A stretch of 64,000 nt of DNA from positions 32,001-96,000 of IMG/VR virus record IMGVR_UViG_3300025108_004223; one strand, 5' to 3'. How positions within the stretch are numbered: position 1 is the stretch's first letter; the number at the start of each line of letters is the position of its first letter. Origin of the DNA: a virus. Both the position numbers and the translations under genes were made by a program. Positions 10,004 to 18,676 of the stretch are shown here, in pieces. The notes beneath the pieces were generated by a model that saw only the letters and a program-made list of their open reading frames with translations, was not told where the DNA came from and made no database searches.

Positions 10004-10519
10004 ATGGCAGACACTTATATAACATGGGACAAATATATGTCCGATATAGAAAAATTAGCAATAAAAGTTGCCGACGATGGATATCAATTTAATCAAATAG
10101 TTTGTATAGCCAAAGGTGGATTACGTGTAGGAGATGTAATACAACGTATATCAGATATGCCTTTAGCAATCATGAGTGTTGAAAGTTATCATGGTGATGG
10201 AGTCAAAGATGAACAAGGACAAATTGTATTTGGAAACTCATTAGCAAAAACAACACCTAACCTAGGCAACAAAGTTTTATTAGTAGACGATTTATGTGAC
10301 TCAGGTGTTACAATGGAAAAATGTGTTAAGTGGTTACAGCATTATCACGGATTCTTTATTGACGATATTAAAACTGGTTGCTTATGGGTTAAAGGTGTTT
10401 CACGTTTTACTCCAGATTATTATATAGATTATTATAAAGATAGTCCATGGATACACCAGCCGATGGAAGAATACGAAAATATGGATATTAATGCATTAAG
10501 AAATAAGATAAATGGATAA
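10004..10519 (+). CDS. Type I phosphoribosyltransferase (purine salvage, Gpt/Hpt-like)
   Basis: IAKGG; PRPP loop VLLVDDLCDSGVT; PDYY; W...PME. Confidence 0.85.
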   Translation: MADTYITWDKYMSDIEKLAIKVADDGYQFNQIVCIAKGGLRVGDVIQRISDMPLAIMSVESYHGDGVKDEQGQIVFGNSLAKTTPNLGNKVLLVDDLCDSGVTMEKCVKWLQHYHGFFIDDIKTGCLWVKGVSRFTPDYYIDYYKDSPWIHQPMEEYENMDINALRNKING

Positions 10520-11042
10520 AGCAATCAGAGACAAATACTTTGGTGATAATTGGCAACCCAATTGGGATCATTATGATTATAGTGGTTGGGCTCTAGTTGA
10601 TAAAATAGATCCAGATGAAACAATATTAGACGTTGGATGTGGATTCAATTTATTTAAAGATGTCTTTGGTGACAGAGTATACGGCATAGATCCTGCAAAC
10701 AAAAAAGCAGACGAACTTGTGGGCATTATAGAATTTGAAACTGATAAGCAATGGGACGTAGCATTTGCTTTAGGTAGTTTAAACTTTGGCACAGCAAAAG
10801 ATGTTGAACCTCAAGTAGAAAAAACAATAAGTTTAGTTAAACCAGGCGGTCGTATTTACTGGAGGCAAAATCCAGGACTAGGTGATCATCCATGGAAAGG
10901 TGTAGAAGAAATACAGTTTTTTCCTTGGAGTATGCAACTTAACTACGAATGGGCAGACAAATATAAGTGTATAGTAGTTGAATGTAAATGGGATGCAAAT
11001 AGTGATAGAATCTATGCTGAATGGAAGAAATCAAGTGTATGA
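10512..11042 (+). CDS. Class I SAM-dependent methyltransferase
   Basis: ILDVGCGFN motif I, GIDP, WDVAFALGS, LVKPGG. Confidence 0.8.
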   Translation: MDKAIRDKYFGDNWQPNWDHYDYSGWALVDKIDPDETILDVGCGFNLFKDVFGDRVYGIDPANKKADELVGIIEFETDKQWDVAFALGSLNFGTAKDVEPQVEKTISLVKPGGRIYWRQNPGLGDHPWKGVEEIQFFPWSMQLNYEWADKYKCIVVECKWDANSDRIYAEWKKSSV

Positions 11043-12031
11043 ACTGGCTAGATAAATTCGACAAGCTAAAAGTAGAAATAACCTCTCATTGTAATGCAAA
11101 ATGTCCTGGATGCACTCGAAACATAACAGGCGGCAAAAATCAACCTGATTTAAAACTAAAACATATGCCATTTGAACTATGGGAACGTATCATGCACGAA
11201 GATACAAAGGGCATGAACATAGTTGAGGTATTGTTTGATGGCACAGTTGGTGATTTTTGTATGAATCCTAAAGCTATTGATTTTATTAAAACGGCACATG
11301 ACGCACACCCTGATATGTTTTTACAAATTAATACAAACGGTGGTGCCAGAACAGAAAAATGGTGGGCAGAACTCGGCGAGGTTATTGCTGAAATTCCACA
11401 TAGAGTAAACTTTGCAATTGATGGATTAGAAGATACACATCATATACACAGACGTAATACATCATATGATATAGTTGTGCGTAACATGAAAGCATTTATT
11501 TCAACTGGTGGGAATGCTAATTGGATATTCACATACTTTGATCATAATTTACATCAATACAAAGAAGCAGAAAAACGTGCAATAGATATGGGGTGCTATT
11601 GGTTCCAAACTAGATGGAGTTGTATTCCTGGCGAAGATTTAGATACAAAAACAGATACAGAAGAATATAAAATTGGAACAGAACATATTTACGAACACAA
11701 AGAATATATGAAGCATACAAGAATTCTGAAACATATGCAACCAGAATATGATGAAGAGTCGCATATATGCCCTGCATATGCTACTTCACAGATTACCATT
11801 GACTTTCGTGGTATACTTTGGCCGTGTAGTTACATATATTCAACCGAAGTTAGAACTAGAGAATGGGCAAGTCCGTTTCGTAACGAAATGCAACACCCAG
11901 GTGAAACAATAAGTTTACATAAATATACATTATCTAATATACTCACTAATACATTTTTTAAAGACCAATTACCAGATGTTATTGCTAATAAAAAGCTAAG
12001 TATATGCAATATGTGGTGTTTTAACGACTAA
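11039..12031 (+). CDS. Radical SAM protein with C-terminal twitch-like domain
   Basis: HCNAKCPGC, NTNGG, FAIDGLEDTH; C-terminal CP...WPCS...C; ATGA overlap at 11039. Confidence 0.88.
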   Translation: MNWLDKFDKLKVEITSHCNAKCPGCTRNITGGKNQPDLKLKHMPFELWERIMHEDTKGMNIVEVLFDGTVGDFCMNPKAIDFIKTAHDAHPDMFLQINTNGGARTEKWWAELGEVIAEIPHRVNFAIDGLEDTHHIHRRNTSYDIVVRNMKAFISTGGNANWIFTYFDHNLHQYKEAEKRAIDMGCYWFQTRWSCIPGEDLDTKTDTEEYKIGTEHIYEHKEYMKHTRILKHMQPEYDEESHICPAYATSQITIDFRGILWPCSYIYSTEVRTREWASPFRNEMQHPGETISLHKYTLSNILTNTFFKDQLPDVIANKKLSICNMWCFND

Positions 12032-12093
12032 TAACTAACGTTAAATCCATCAAGTTATAGGTAAATACTTATAACGTATAGAATGGAATACTA

Positions 12094-13359
12094 ATGATAA
12101 AGTTAAGAACCCCATTGTTGCTTATGCTTGCAACGGTAATAGTCAGTGTCATGGTTAATGCACACTACAGAAGCATACAAGAAACATTACATGAAGGCAT
12201 TAGTTGGGTTTGGCAGAAACACAAACCAACCGGGCAGGCTATTTACGACGTAAATGCTTTTCTTTTCAACGGTAATGCGTTTGATCACGAACGTAGAATA
12301 AAAGATTACATTTACAGCACATATCCTAGTGTTGTAATGGTAAGCGTTTTCCCAAAAGAATCATCACAAAGTAATCCACTAGTTCAGCGTAAGTCTGGAC
12401 GAGGAACTGGATTCTTTGTAGCAACTGATGATACGTCAGCAACAATAATGACTAATTATCATGTTATTGATGGATACTTGGGTTCTGAAGATCTACTAGA
12501 ACTAAAAATCAATACAGCAATGGATATGTGGATGTATGATGCTGAAATTATTGGTTACGACCAGGTGGCAGACATTGCTATATTAAAAATTACTAAGCAA
12601 GATAACGAAGAATGGGAAGCATTAGAATTTGCAGATTACAAAGATATAAGCGAAGGTGATCCTGTTGTAGTTGTTGGACACGGTATGAGTATGCCATGGA
12701 CCAGCACACAAGGTATTGTTACATATGATGGAAGATTTGGACAGCGTCCTTATTCATTAATGCTACAAGTTGATGCAGTTATTAACCAAGGTAACAGCGG
12801 CGGACCTATTATAGGAGATGACGCTTTGGTTATTGGTGTGGCACAAAGTATACTAAGTCCTTCTAGACAGATTCCTGGTTGGGATGGAGTAGGATTAGCA
12901 GTTGGAATTAGACAGGCAAAACGTAGCATGGACTATATTTTATCTGATGCATATGCAGAAAAAGGATATGTTCCATATGTAGATTTATTGTTTAATAGTA
13001 AAAACTTTGAAATAGGAGATGTAGTAGATACTAAACGTAAAGACAGGCACATGTCTTATTTTATTAATCCTGAGCCTGCAGGTGTTCAAGCACCAGACAT
13101 GGAAGCACCACCAGTAAAACTAAATGCCGGACAAATAGCCGGAATGCAAGAAGGTGACATTATACTAGAGTATAACGGTGAAAATGTCTATACAGCATTT
13201 AAAATATTCGTAGAAACTATGTATGCATTACCAGGTGATACAGTAGTTATTAAAGTATTACGTGGTGAAGAAGAATTAGAATTTACACTTACTTACATAG
13301 AAACTGATTTTGATAAACTAATAGAATTAGTTAACAGTCGTCAACAAGCGTATCGCTAA
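12094..13359 (+). CDS. HtrA/DegP-like trypsin serine protease with PDZ domain
   Basis: N-terminal TM; GTGF, TNYHV (His), DIAILK (Asp), GNSGGP (Ser); C-terminal PDZ (GMQEGDIILEYNG). Confidence 0.88.
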   Translation: MIKLRTPLLLMLATVIVSVMVNAHYRSIQETLHEGISWVWQKHKPTGQAIYDVNAFLFNGNAFDHERRIKDYIYSTYPSVVMVSVFPKESSQSNPLVQRKSGRGTGFFVATDDTSATIMTNYHVIDGYLGSEDLLELKINTAMDMWMYDAEIIGYDQVADIAILKITKQDNEEWEALEFADYKDISEGDPVVVVGHGMSMPWTSTQGIVTYDGRFGQRPYSLMLQVDAVINQGNSGGPIIGDDALVIGVAQSILSPSRQIPGWDGVGLAVGIRQAKRSMDYILSDAYAEKGYVPYVDLLFNSKNFEIGDVVDTKRKDRHMSYFINPEPAGVQAPDMEAPPVKLNAGQIAGMQEGDIILEYNGENVYTAFKIFVETMYALPGDTVVIKVLRGEEELEFTLTYIETDFDKLIELVNSRQQAYR

Positions 13360-13366
13360 TAATAGG

Positions 13367-13395
13367 TTGACAAAACCACCAAGATATCTTATAAT
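13367..13395 (+). promoter_or_regulatory. sigma70 promoter containing the AAGATATCTT palindrome
   Basis: TTGACA 13367-72, 17 nt, TATAAT 13390-95; palindrome 13381-13390. Confidence 0.8.
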
Positions 13396-13430
13396 ATAGT
13401 TATATTTAAATTATAACTATGGAGAATAAG

Positions 13431-14822
13431 ATGAAAAAACTGTTAGTTTTACTACTATTTGCCACATCTGCATGTGTGCAAGCAACGGATAGTATCAACG
13501 CTAAATCTTGTGCAGATGGCACTATTCCTGTAAAATCTGTATCTGCTGATGGAAGCTACTATGTCTATCAATGTCCATCATTTCAAGAACCATTAATGGA
13601 CTCAATAGATAATATTGACTATTCTTATTACGCAAAATCAGATTTTGTAAATTTAAAAATTCCCGAAGATTTCCAATATATTAATACAACAAAACTTAAA
13701 TATTTGATGTCTAATAATGCATTTAGAAGGCATGCAGAAACATGGTGGTGGCCAGCCGGCGCCGCAACTTCTTGTTTTGATGCTATGAAACACTTCAAAG
13801 TAACTACAAGTGGACACGGCTTTGATCAGGTTAATGGGTGTGCTAAGGGCACAGGAGGATTTTTACAACTAGATTATCCATATGTATTAAAAAACATGTC
13901 AGATGTTATATTACACCATGCAACGCACAGAAACGTTAAAGCTCAATTCAAACCCGGAGATTCTCCCAATCATCAACACTATGCAAAGTATATGGTAATG
14001 GCCAAAACTGCTGAAATATACGCTGTATTCAAGGATTTGATGCCTTTAACCCCAGAAGAACATGAGATTATTACTGCATATTTTGATGAAATATTTATGG
14101 GTAATTTATTCCATACACAATTAAATAAGCCACAATGTAATATTAATAACCCTGAACTTGATGCGCCAATACCCTTTAAATATAGTCCTATGGGTGGATG
14201 TGGCAGTTATTCATGGCGCTTAGTTTATTCCAGTATTGCCTATTCATTATCTACAAACAACGATAAATTGTTTGAGCGAGCAAAAATGAATTTAACACAT
14301 TTACTTGGATCATTTGATAACGAAGGAATACATGTGAACCAGGCATCACGTGGCGGTAAAGCAATGGGATACCATAATGCAGTTACAGTGAGTCTAGGAA
14401 ACATATCAGAACAATTTTATGCAATAGGATATGACTTCTTAGAACATAGAATGCCAAGAAGTAATATTAAAGTAAAAGATGTATTAGATAAGCATTGGGA
14501 TTTAATGCACGACCATACATTATTAGGAAAATATGCAAAATATAGTAAAGGCATACAAGGCAGCGAACCCAATACAGATTGGCACTATGTTTCACATCTG
14601 TCAACTCCTAAAGCAATAGCAATAATGCCAAGTAGTTTGAAATGGTGGCAAGTTGCACATGCTAATACACGTTATGTCAAAGAATATAGGACACAACCTA
14701 GTATGATGCACACTAAAGAAATAGATTGGCAAGAATTGATTAACAAAAATAATGTTGGTAATTTATGGATAACTTCAGTGTTCCCATCAAAATTAATGTA
14801 TACAGTTAATGAATCTAGGTAG
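13431..14822 (+). CDS. Secreted protein with alginate-lyase-like (alpha/alpha) C-terminal domain
   Basis: Signal peptide MKKLLVLLLFATSAC; NQASRGGKAMGYHNAVTVSL resembles the alginate lyase E..RG..ALHYH motif; start 13431 after GGAGA. Confidence 0.45.
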   Translation: MKKLLVLLLFATSACVQATDSINAKSCADGTIPVKSVSADGSYYVYQCPSFQEPLMDSIDNIDYSYYAKSDFVNLKIPEDFQYINTTKLKYLMSNNAFRRHAETWWWPAGAATSCFDAMKHFKVTTSGHGFDQVNGCAKGTGGFLQLDYPYVLKNMSDVILHHATHRNVKAQFKPGDSPNHQHYAKYMVMAKTAEIYAVFKDLMPLTPEEHEIITAYFDEIFMGNLFHTQLNKPQCNINNPELDAPIPFKYSPMGGCGSYSWRLVYSSIAYSLSTNNDKLFERAKMNLTHLLGSFDNEGIHVNQASRGGKAMGYHNAVTVSLGNISEQFYAIGYDFLEHRMPRSNIKVKDVLDKHWDLMHDHTLLGKYAKYSKGIQGSEPNTDWHYVSHLSTPKAIAIMPSSLKWWQVAHANTRYVKEYRTQPSMMHTKEIDWQELINKNNVGNLWITSVFPSKLMYTVNESR

Positions 14823-14834
14823 TTAACATACACT

Positions 14835-14882
14835 ATATAGTGCCATTAAACGCTAAGTAATCGGTTGATGGCACTATATTTT
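14835..14882 (+). terminator. Long hairpin / intrinsic terminator
   Basis: ATATAGTGCCAT (14835-46) / ATGGCACTATAT (14868-79) followed by TTT. Confidence 0.65.
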
Positions 14883-14891
14883 GTGAAAAGG

Positions 14892-14920
14892 TTGACAAGA
14901 TCGCATAAATATCATATAAT
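14892..14920 (+). promoter_or_regulatory. sigma70 promoter
   Basis: TTGACA-17-TATAAT, perfect consensus. Confidence 0.85.
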
Positions 14921-14948
14921 AGTGTATATTTAATAAAGATTTAGTAGA

Positions 14949-15016
14949 GTTGATTTAAAGGAGTGGGCTCAGTTGTGACCGCTGAAGCTCGGATCAACCG
15001 TCATAAAATCGGTCAC
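14949..15016 (+). ncRNA. Candidate structured cis-regulatory 5' leader (pseudoknot)
   Basis: P1 GTTGATT/GATCAAC, P2 GGGCTCAG/CTGA(A)GCTC; the P2 loop GTGACCG is the exact complement of CGGTCAC 15010-16, just upstream of the RBS. Confidence 0.5.
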
Positions 15017-15035
15017 GTTAATATAGGAGAAATCT

Positions 15036-15257
15036 ATGTTAGACAAAATCTTAAGCGGCGTTAGAGGCGCGACAGAGGCTGGTGTATCGTTGATTGGTCT
15101 TGCTATCGTTTTACAAGTTGTATTCGGTGGTTCAGTTCCTTTCTTAGGCGGTGATGTCATTGGCACTATCATCGGCATCGTATCACAACTAGGTGGTGCT
15201 GGTTTAGTAGGTCTTATTTCTGCAGTTGTTTTGTGGAAACTATTTACACGTGACTAA
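15036..15257 (+). CDS. Small Gly-rich membrane protein (73 aa)
   Basis: RBS AGGAG; hydrophobic throughout; resembles small membrane proteins of marine proteobacteria (from memory, unverified). Confidence 0.8.
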   Translation: MLDKILSGVRGATEAGVSLIGLAIVLQVVFGGSVPFLGGDVIGTIIGIVSQLGGAGLVGLISAVVLWKLFTRD

Positions 15258-15277
15258 TATTAATATATATTAATGTT

Positions 15278-15305
15278 AAAAAACCCAGCAAATGTTGGGT
15301 TTTTT
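15278..15305 (+). terminator. Intrinsic terminator
   Basis: AAAAAACCCAGC-AAAT-GTTGGGTTTTTT. Confidence 0.8.
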
Positions 15306-15310
15306 AATGG

Positions 15311-15339
15311 TTGACAAATCCTATACTTTAGTATATATT
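15311..15339 (+). promoter_or_regulatory. sigma70 promoter
   Basis: TTGACA-17-TATATT. Confidence 0.6.
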
Positions 15340-15372
15340 ATATATAAACAACAATAATAGAAAGGACATAAA

Positions 15373-15642
15373 ATGTCAAAATCTAAAAAAGCAGTAGGAA
15401 CTAAGTTCTTTAAAGAAGGAACTCAAAACCAAAAAATCCTAGCTAAATTTTGGGGCACAGGTAAAACTTTTACTATGGATACTCTAAGAGAAAAAATGGA
15501 TATCCAATCACCTGGTGCTAGACTTTCAGAATTGAAAGACGAAGGCTTTAATGTAAAAGCTAAAGCAACTGCAAATACTTCAGGTTTACAAGGTAGACCA
15601 ACTATGGAATATTCAATTCCTAGAAGAAGAACATTTGCCTAA
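15373..15642 (+). CDS. Small winged helix-turn-helix protein
   Basis: ILAKF...FTMDTLREKMDIQSPGARLSELKDEGFNV, an HTH-like pattern. Confidence 0.6.
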   Translation: MSKSKKAVGTKFFKEGTQNQKILAKFWGTGKTFTMDTLREKMDIQSPGARLSELKDEGFNVKAKATANTSGLQGRPTMEYSIPRRRTFA

Positions 15643-16216
15643 TATAATTAAGCACATTATAACTTTAAATAAGCAGGGCCTTGCCCTGCTTATTTTGACT
15701 GTATTGTTAACTTTCTCACTTCCGTCAAAAGCCGATATGACAAACGAACAGTTTGCATATGAAATAAAAGGTTGTGTAGATGAGTTATATTACGATACAA
15801 ACAAATATCCAATTTCTAAACAAATTCCAATAGAACTTATTATTGCTCAAGCGGCACATGAAAGTGCATGGGGTAATAGTAGATTTGCAGTAGAAGGAAA
15901 TAATCTATTTGGTGTTAGAACCTGGAATGAAAACGATTTACAACTAAAAGCAAAAGGGGCTCCTGATGCTCCTTGGGGTTTAAAAGTATATAATAATTGG
16001 TGCGAAAGCATTGAACATTATTTTCATATACTAGATACACTTCCAATGTATGCTCAATTTAGAGAAGAACTAGAGTTTCAAAATACAATAGCTAAACAAT
16101 CAGATCCAATAAATCTTACATTATATCTCGCTCCGTGGAGTGAACAAGGACCTAAGTATGTTAGGTTGTTACAAGATATAATGGCATGTCTATACCGGAA
16201 AAACTTCTATTCATAA
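15635..16216 (+). CDS. Glucosaminidase (GH73/FlgJ/Bax-like) cell-wall hydrolase
   Basis: IIAQAAHESAWGNSRFAVEGNNLFGVR; N-terminal hydrophobic anchor. Confidence 0.82.
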   Translation: MPNIIKHIITLNKQGLALLILTVLLTFSLPSKADMTNEQFAYEIKGCVDELYYDTNKYPISKQIPIELIIAQAAHESAWGNSRFAVEGNNLFGVRTWNENDLQLKAKGAPDAPWGLKVYNNWCESIEHYFHILDTLPMYAQFREELEFQNTIAKQSDPINLTLYLAPWSEQGPKYVRLLQDIMACLYRKNFYS

Positions 16217-16250
16217 CGGGTTTTTTCTTCAAAATAATTCAAAATAAAGG

Positions 16251-16279
16251 TTGACAACCAAGACATCTTGCTGTATAAT
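16251..16279 (+). promoter_or_regulatory. sigma70 promoter with spacer palindrome CAAGACATCTTG
   Basis: TTGACA-17-TATAAT; palindrome 16259-16270. Confidence 0.85.
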
Positions 16280-16308
16280 ATAGTTATATTACACAATAAA
16301 GGAAGGAT

Positions 16309-16602
16309 ATGAAAAACTCAAAAGCATTTTTAAACAGTTTTAAAACAAAATATATGGTTGGAATTCGTCCTAGAGAGGCGAATTGTTCACATGTTGATAA
16401 TGTTTATGTAAAAGCATTTGGTATACAAGACGCTATGAACAGAGTTGATGCCGCTATTGATCATTTAGACTGGAGAGTTAAAGATGTTATATCAGCAGGT
16501 GATGAGTTATTTGGTGATGATGAGGTATGTTGTTCTGATGGTAGAACACCAGTTAAAGAACTAGGTATTGCTACTGAATTTTTTGGAATTACTTTTTCAT
16601 AA
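16309..16602 (+). CDS. Hypothetical protein
   Basis: RBS AAGGA, own promoter. Confidence 0.7.
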   Translation: MKNSKAFLNSFKTKYMVGIRPREANCSHVDNVYVKAFGIQDAMNRVDAAIDHLDWRVKDVISAGDELFGDDEVCCSDGRTPVKELGIATEFFGITFS

Positions 16603-16607
16603 AAAGG

Positions 16608-16636
16608 TTGACAAGTAAGACATCTTACTGTATACT
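16608..16636 (+). promoter_or_regulatory. sigma70 promoter with spacer palindrome AGTAAGACATCTTACT
   Basis: TTGACA-17-TATACT; palindrome 16614-16629. Confidence 0.85.
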
Positions 16637-16681
16637 GTAAGTATAAAGAATAAAATTTTAACTACAAAGCGAGGAAATAAC

Positions 16682-17041
16682 ATGGAATACACAGTAACTG
16701 AAATGGAAGATATTGGAGTTAAGGCAACACAGGCTGCAAGAAATGCCGCAGGTGATTACCTTGTTGAGAAACTAGGTGGTAAAGATAATTATCCTTGTGG
16801 GTTTGCATGGGTTACTGTTTATCCTGAAAATAAGGGTAATACTAAACTAGGTAAAGCCGAAAGAGGATTACTTGAAAGTATTGGTTTCGAGAAAGATTGG
16901 ACTGGTAAAGCATATCAAATTTGGAATCCAAGTAAGGTTAATGTTCAAAATGTTGACGTTAAAGAAGCAGGTGCTCAAGCATATGCAGACATAATGAAAG
17001 CGGCTGGGTTTAAAGCATATGCTGGTTCAAGGTTAGACTAA
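16682..17041 (+). CDS. Hypothetical phage protein
   Basis: RBS GAGG; YPCGFAWV and KEAGA.AYA motifs, familiar from jumbo-phage hypotheticals. Confidence 0.75.
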   Translation: MEYTVTEMEDIGVKATQAARNAAGDYLVEKLGGKDNYPCGFAWVTVYPENKGNTKLGKAERGLLESIGFEKDWTGKAYQIWNPSKVNVQNVDVKEAGAQAYADIMKAAGFKAYAGSRLD

Positions 17042-17056
17042 TTAGGAGAATAATAA

Positions 17057-17188
17057 ATGGATTACAAGGAAAGTAAAGATATAACTAAAATAGTAGGTGT
17101 GTGTGCTGGTATTATGGCTATTATGTTTCTCACAGTTTATATTGGAAACATAGCAATACTCAGTTATTTACCTGCTGATTTCGGATAA
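17057..17188 (+). CDS. Small membrane protein (43 aa, not in ORF track)
   Basis: RBS AGGAG; MDYKESKDITKIVGVCAGIMAIMFLTVYIGNIAILSYLPADFG. Confidence 0.6.
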   Translation: MDYKESKDITKIVGVCAGIMAIMFLTVYIGNIAILSYLPADFG

Positions 17189-17197
17189 GGAGATAAT

Positions 17198-17335
17198 ATG
17201 GAAACCTGGGAAAAAGATTTAAATGAAAACATGAAATCAATTAGAAGCTCATATGAAAGCATTATGAGAATTGGTTACTCTATCATGGGTGTTATGATTC
17301 TTTGGATTGGCATTGAAATAGGAAAAATGTTATGA
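17198..17335 (+). CDS. Small membrane protein (45 aa, not in ORF track)
   Basis: RBS AAGGAG; METWEKDLNENMKSIRSSYESIMRIGYSIMGVMILWIGIEIGKML; ATGA overlap with the next gene. Confidence 0.6.
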   Translation: METWEKDLNENMKSIRSSYESIMRIGYSIMGVMILWIGIEIGKML

Positions 17336-17784
17336 AAAAGTTTACAATTTTAATGTGTTTAGTTTTAGCGACAGTTATTACAGGTTCTGCGTTCGCACAA
17401 TCAGTAACACTTACTGCTGAACAAGTTGAAAAGATTGAAGCACATATTATTGGACTTGATAAACAAATATCTGAGTTAACCAGAATTAAAGAGATTCAGG
17501 CTAATGCTATTAAAGAGTTAACTAAAAAGAATTTAGATCAGGCAAAACTTCTTAAACAGAAGATGTCTACTGAAGTTGAAGTTTTAAAAGTTAATTGTAA
17601 ACTTTATGAAGAACTAGTTAATGGCAAATGTAAAAGAAAAATAATTAGTTCGCCGGTGAAAATGAGTAATAGTGGTATTTGTCATACGCCAGGTAGCACT
17701 TATTATTCCAGAACTCATAATTATAAATCATACACAAGTCTTTCTGCATGTTTAAATGCAGGTGGACGTAGACCTAAAAACTAA
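17332..17784 (+). CDS. Secreted coiled-coil hypothetical protein with Cys-containing C-terminal domain
   Basis: Signal peptide; C-terminal KMSNSGICH..GSTYY.RT..Y..Y.SL..CL..GGR.PK. Confidence 0.7.
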   Translation: MKKFTILMCLVLATVITGSAFAQSVTLTAEQVEKIEAHIIGLDKQISELTRIKEIQANAIKELTKKNLDQAKLLKQKMSTEVEVLKVNCKLYEELVNGKCKRKIISSPVKMSNSGICHTPGSTYYSRTHNYKSYTSLSACLNAGGRRPKN

Positions 17785-17794
17785 AGGAGACAAT

Positions 17795-17983
17795 ATGAAA
17801 AATACAATCATAGCAATAGCAATAACATTTGCAATTATTTTTGCATTCATTAGTAGTGTTGAAGCAAAAAGGGTTCACAAGTTGGAAGATCAACTAGAAG
17901 CACATAAAATGGCTATAACATTTGCCAACAGTGCAATACATACATTTGCAGATCCTCATTTCAAAGTAGTAAGCGAAAGGTAA
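17795..17983 (+). CDS. Small hypothetical protein with N-terminal signal/TM
   Basis: RBS AAGGAG before ATG 17795. Confidence 0.6.
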   Translation: MKNTIIAIAITFAIIFAFISSVEAKRVHKLEDQLEAHKMAITFANSAIHTFADPHFKVVSER

Positions 17984-17989
17984 ATAGAA

Positions 17990-18163
17990 ATGGTAGATAT
18001 TTTAAAAGATATTGAAGTGCTAGAAAATGCACTTATTCAAATCCAAGAAGGTGCAAGCGATGAAGTATACGGTGCACTATGGAGCTTGGAAAAACTGTTA
18101 TTAGAAAAGAAGGACATAGTTGCTGAATTTGAAGCAACTGCTCCTAACACTATAGGAGGTTAG
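17990..18163 (+). CDS. Small acidic hypothetical protein (57 aa, not in ORF track)
   Basis: MVDILKDIEVLENALIQIQEGASDEVYGALWSLEKLLLEKKDIVAEFEATAPNTIGG. Confidence 0.6.
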   Translation: MVDILKDIEVLENALIQIQEGASDEVYGALWSLEKLLLEKKDIVAEFEATAPNTIGG

Positions 18164-18166
18164 ACT

Positions 18167-18625
18167 ATGAGAAACATTGGTAGAGGATTAATTGTTATAG
18201 CCATTTTAATTGTTGGCTTTATAATTGCAAATCCAATATTTGCAAAAGAAGTAGAGATGGTAGAATATGATTTTCCTATCACAAGAATTATTGATGGTGA
18301 TACTGTAGCCTTTGAGGCAAACTTTTTACCTGATCCACTTAAACAAGAATTAAGTATTCGTGTATATGGTGTTGATACTCCCGAAAAGAGTTGGAGAGCA
18401 GAATGTGATGAAGAAGCATTATGGGGCGAGGAAGCCTCACAGTTTACTAAAGATATGATAAATTCAGCCACTACAATACAAGTAGCCATTTACAAATGGG
18501 ATAAATTTGGTGGGCGAGTATTAGGTGATATTATTATCGATGGAAATAGCCTAAGACATATGCTTATTGAAAACGGATTCGCACGTGAATACTATGGAGA
18601 TAAAAAGGAGAGCTGGTGCGATTAG
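18167..18625 (+). CDS. Thermonuclease (SNase-like), secreted or anchored
   Basis: IIDGDTV, IRVYGVDTPE, DKFGGRVLG, LIENGFA. Confidence 0.88.
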   Translation: MRNIGRGLIVIAILIVGFIIANPIFAKEVEMVEYDFPITRIIDGDTVAFEANFLPDPLKQELSIRVYGVDTPEKSWRAECDEEALWGEEASQFTKDMINSATTIQVAIYKWDKFGGRVLGDIIIDGNSLRHMLIENGFAREYYGDKKESWCD

Positions 18626-18647
18626 CACTAGTTAAAAGGGAGACAGG

Positions 18648-18672
18648 AAAACGCCTTAACTGGCGTTTTTTT
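18648..18672. terminator. Bidirectional intrinsic terminator at the convergence point
   Basis: AAAACGCC-TTAACT-GGCGTTTTTTT between the + and - blocks. Confidence 0.8.
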
Positions 18673-18676
18673 GTGA

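Noticed and set aside
10657-10666. Intragenic AAGAYRTCTT copies (also 51604-13 and 59247-56) as operators
   Set aside because: They lack the extended dyad arms and promoter context; plausible chance matches in AT-rich coding DNA
14949-15016. SAM-II/SAM-V or preQ1 riboswitch
   Set aside because: It has pseudoknot topology, but I could not match the conserved nucleotides of those classes; it is left as an unassigned motif
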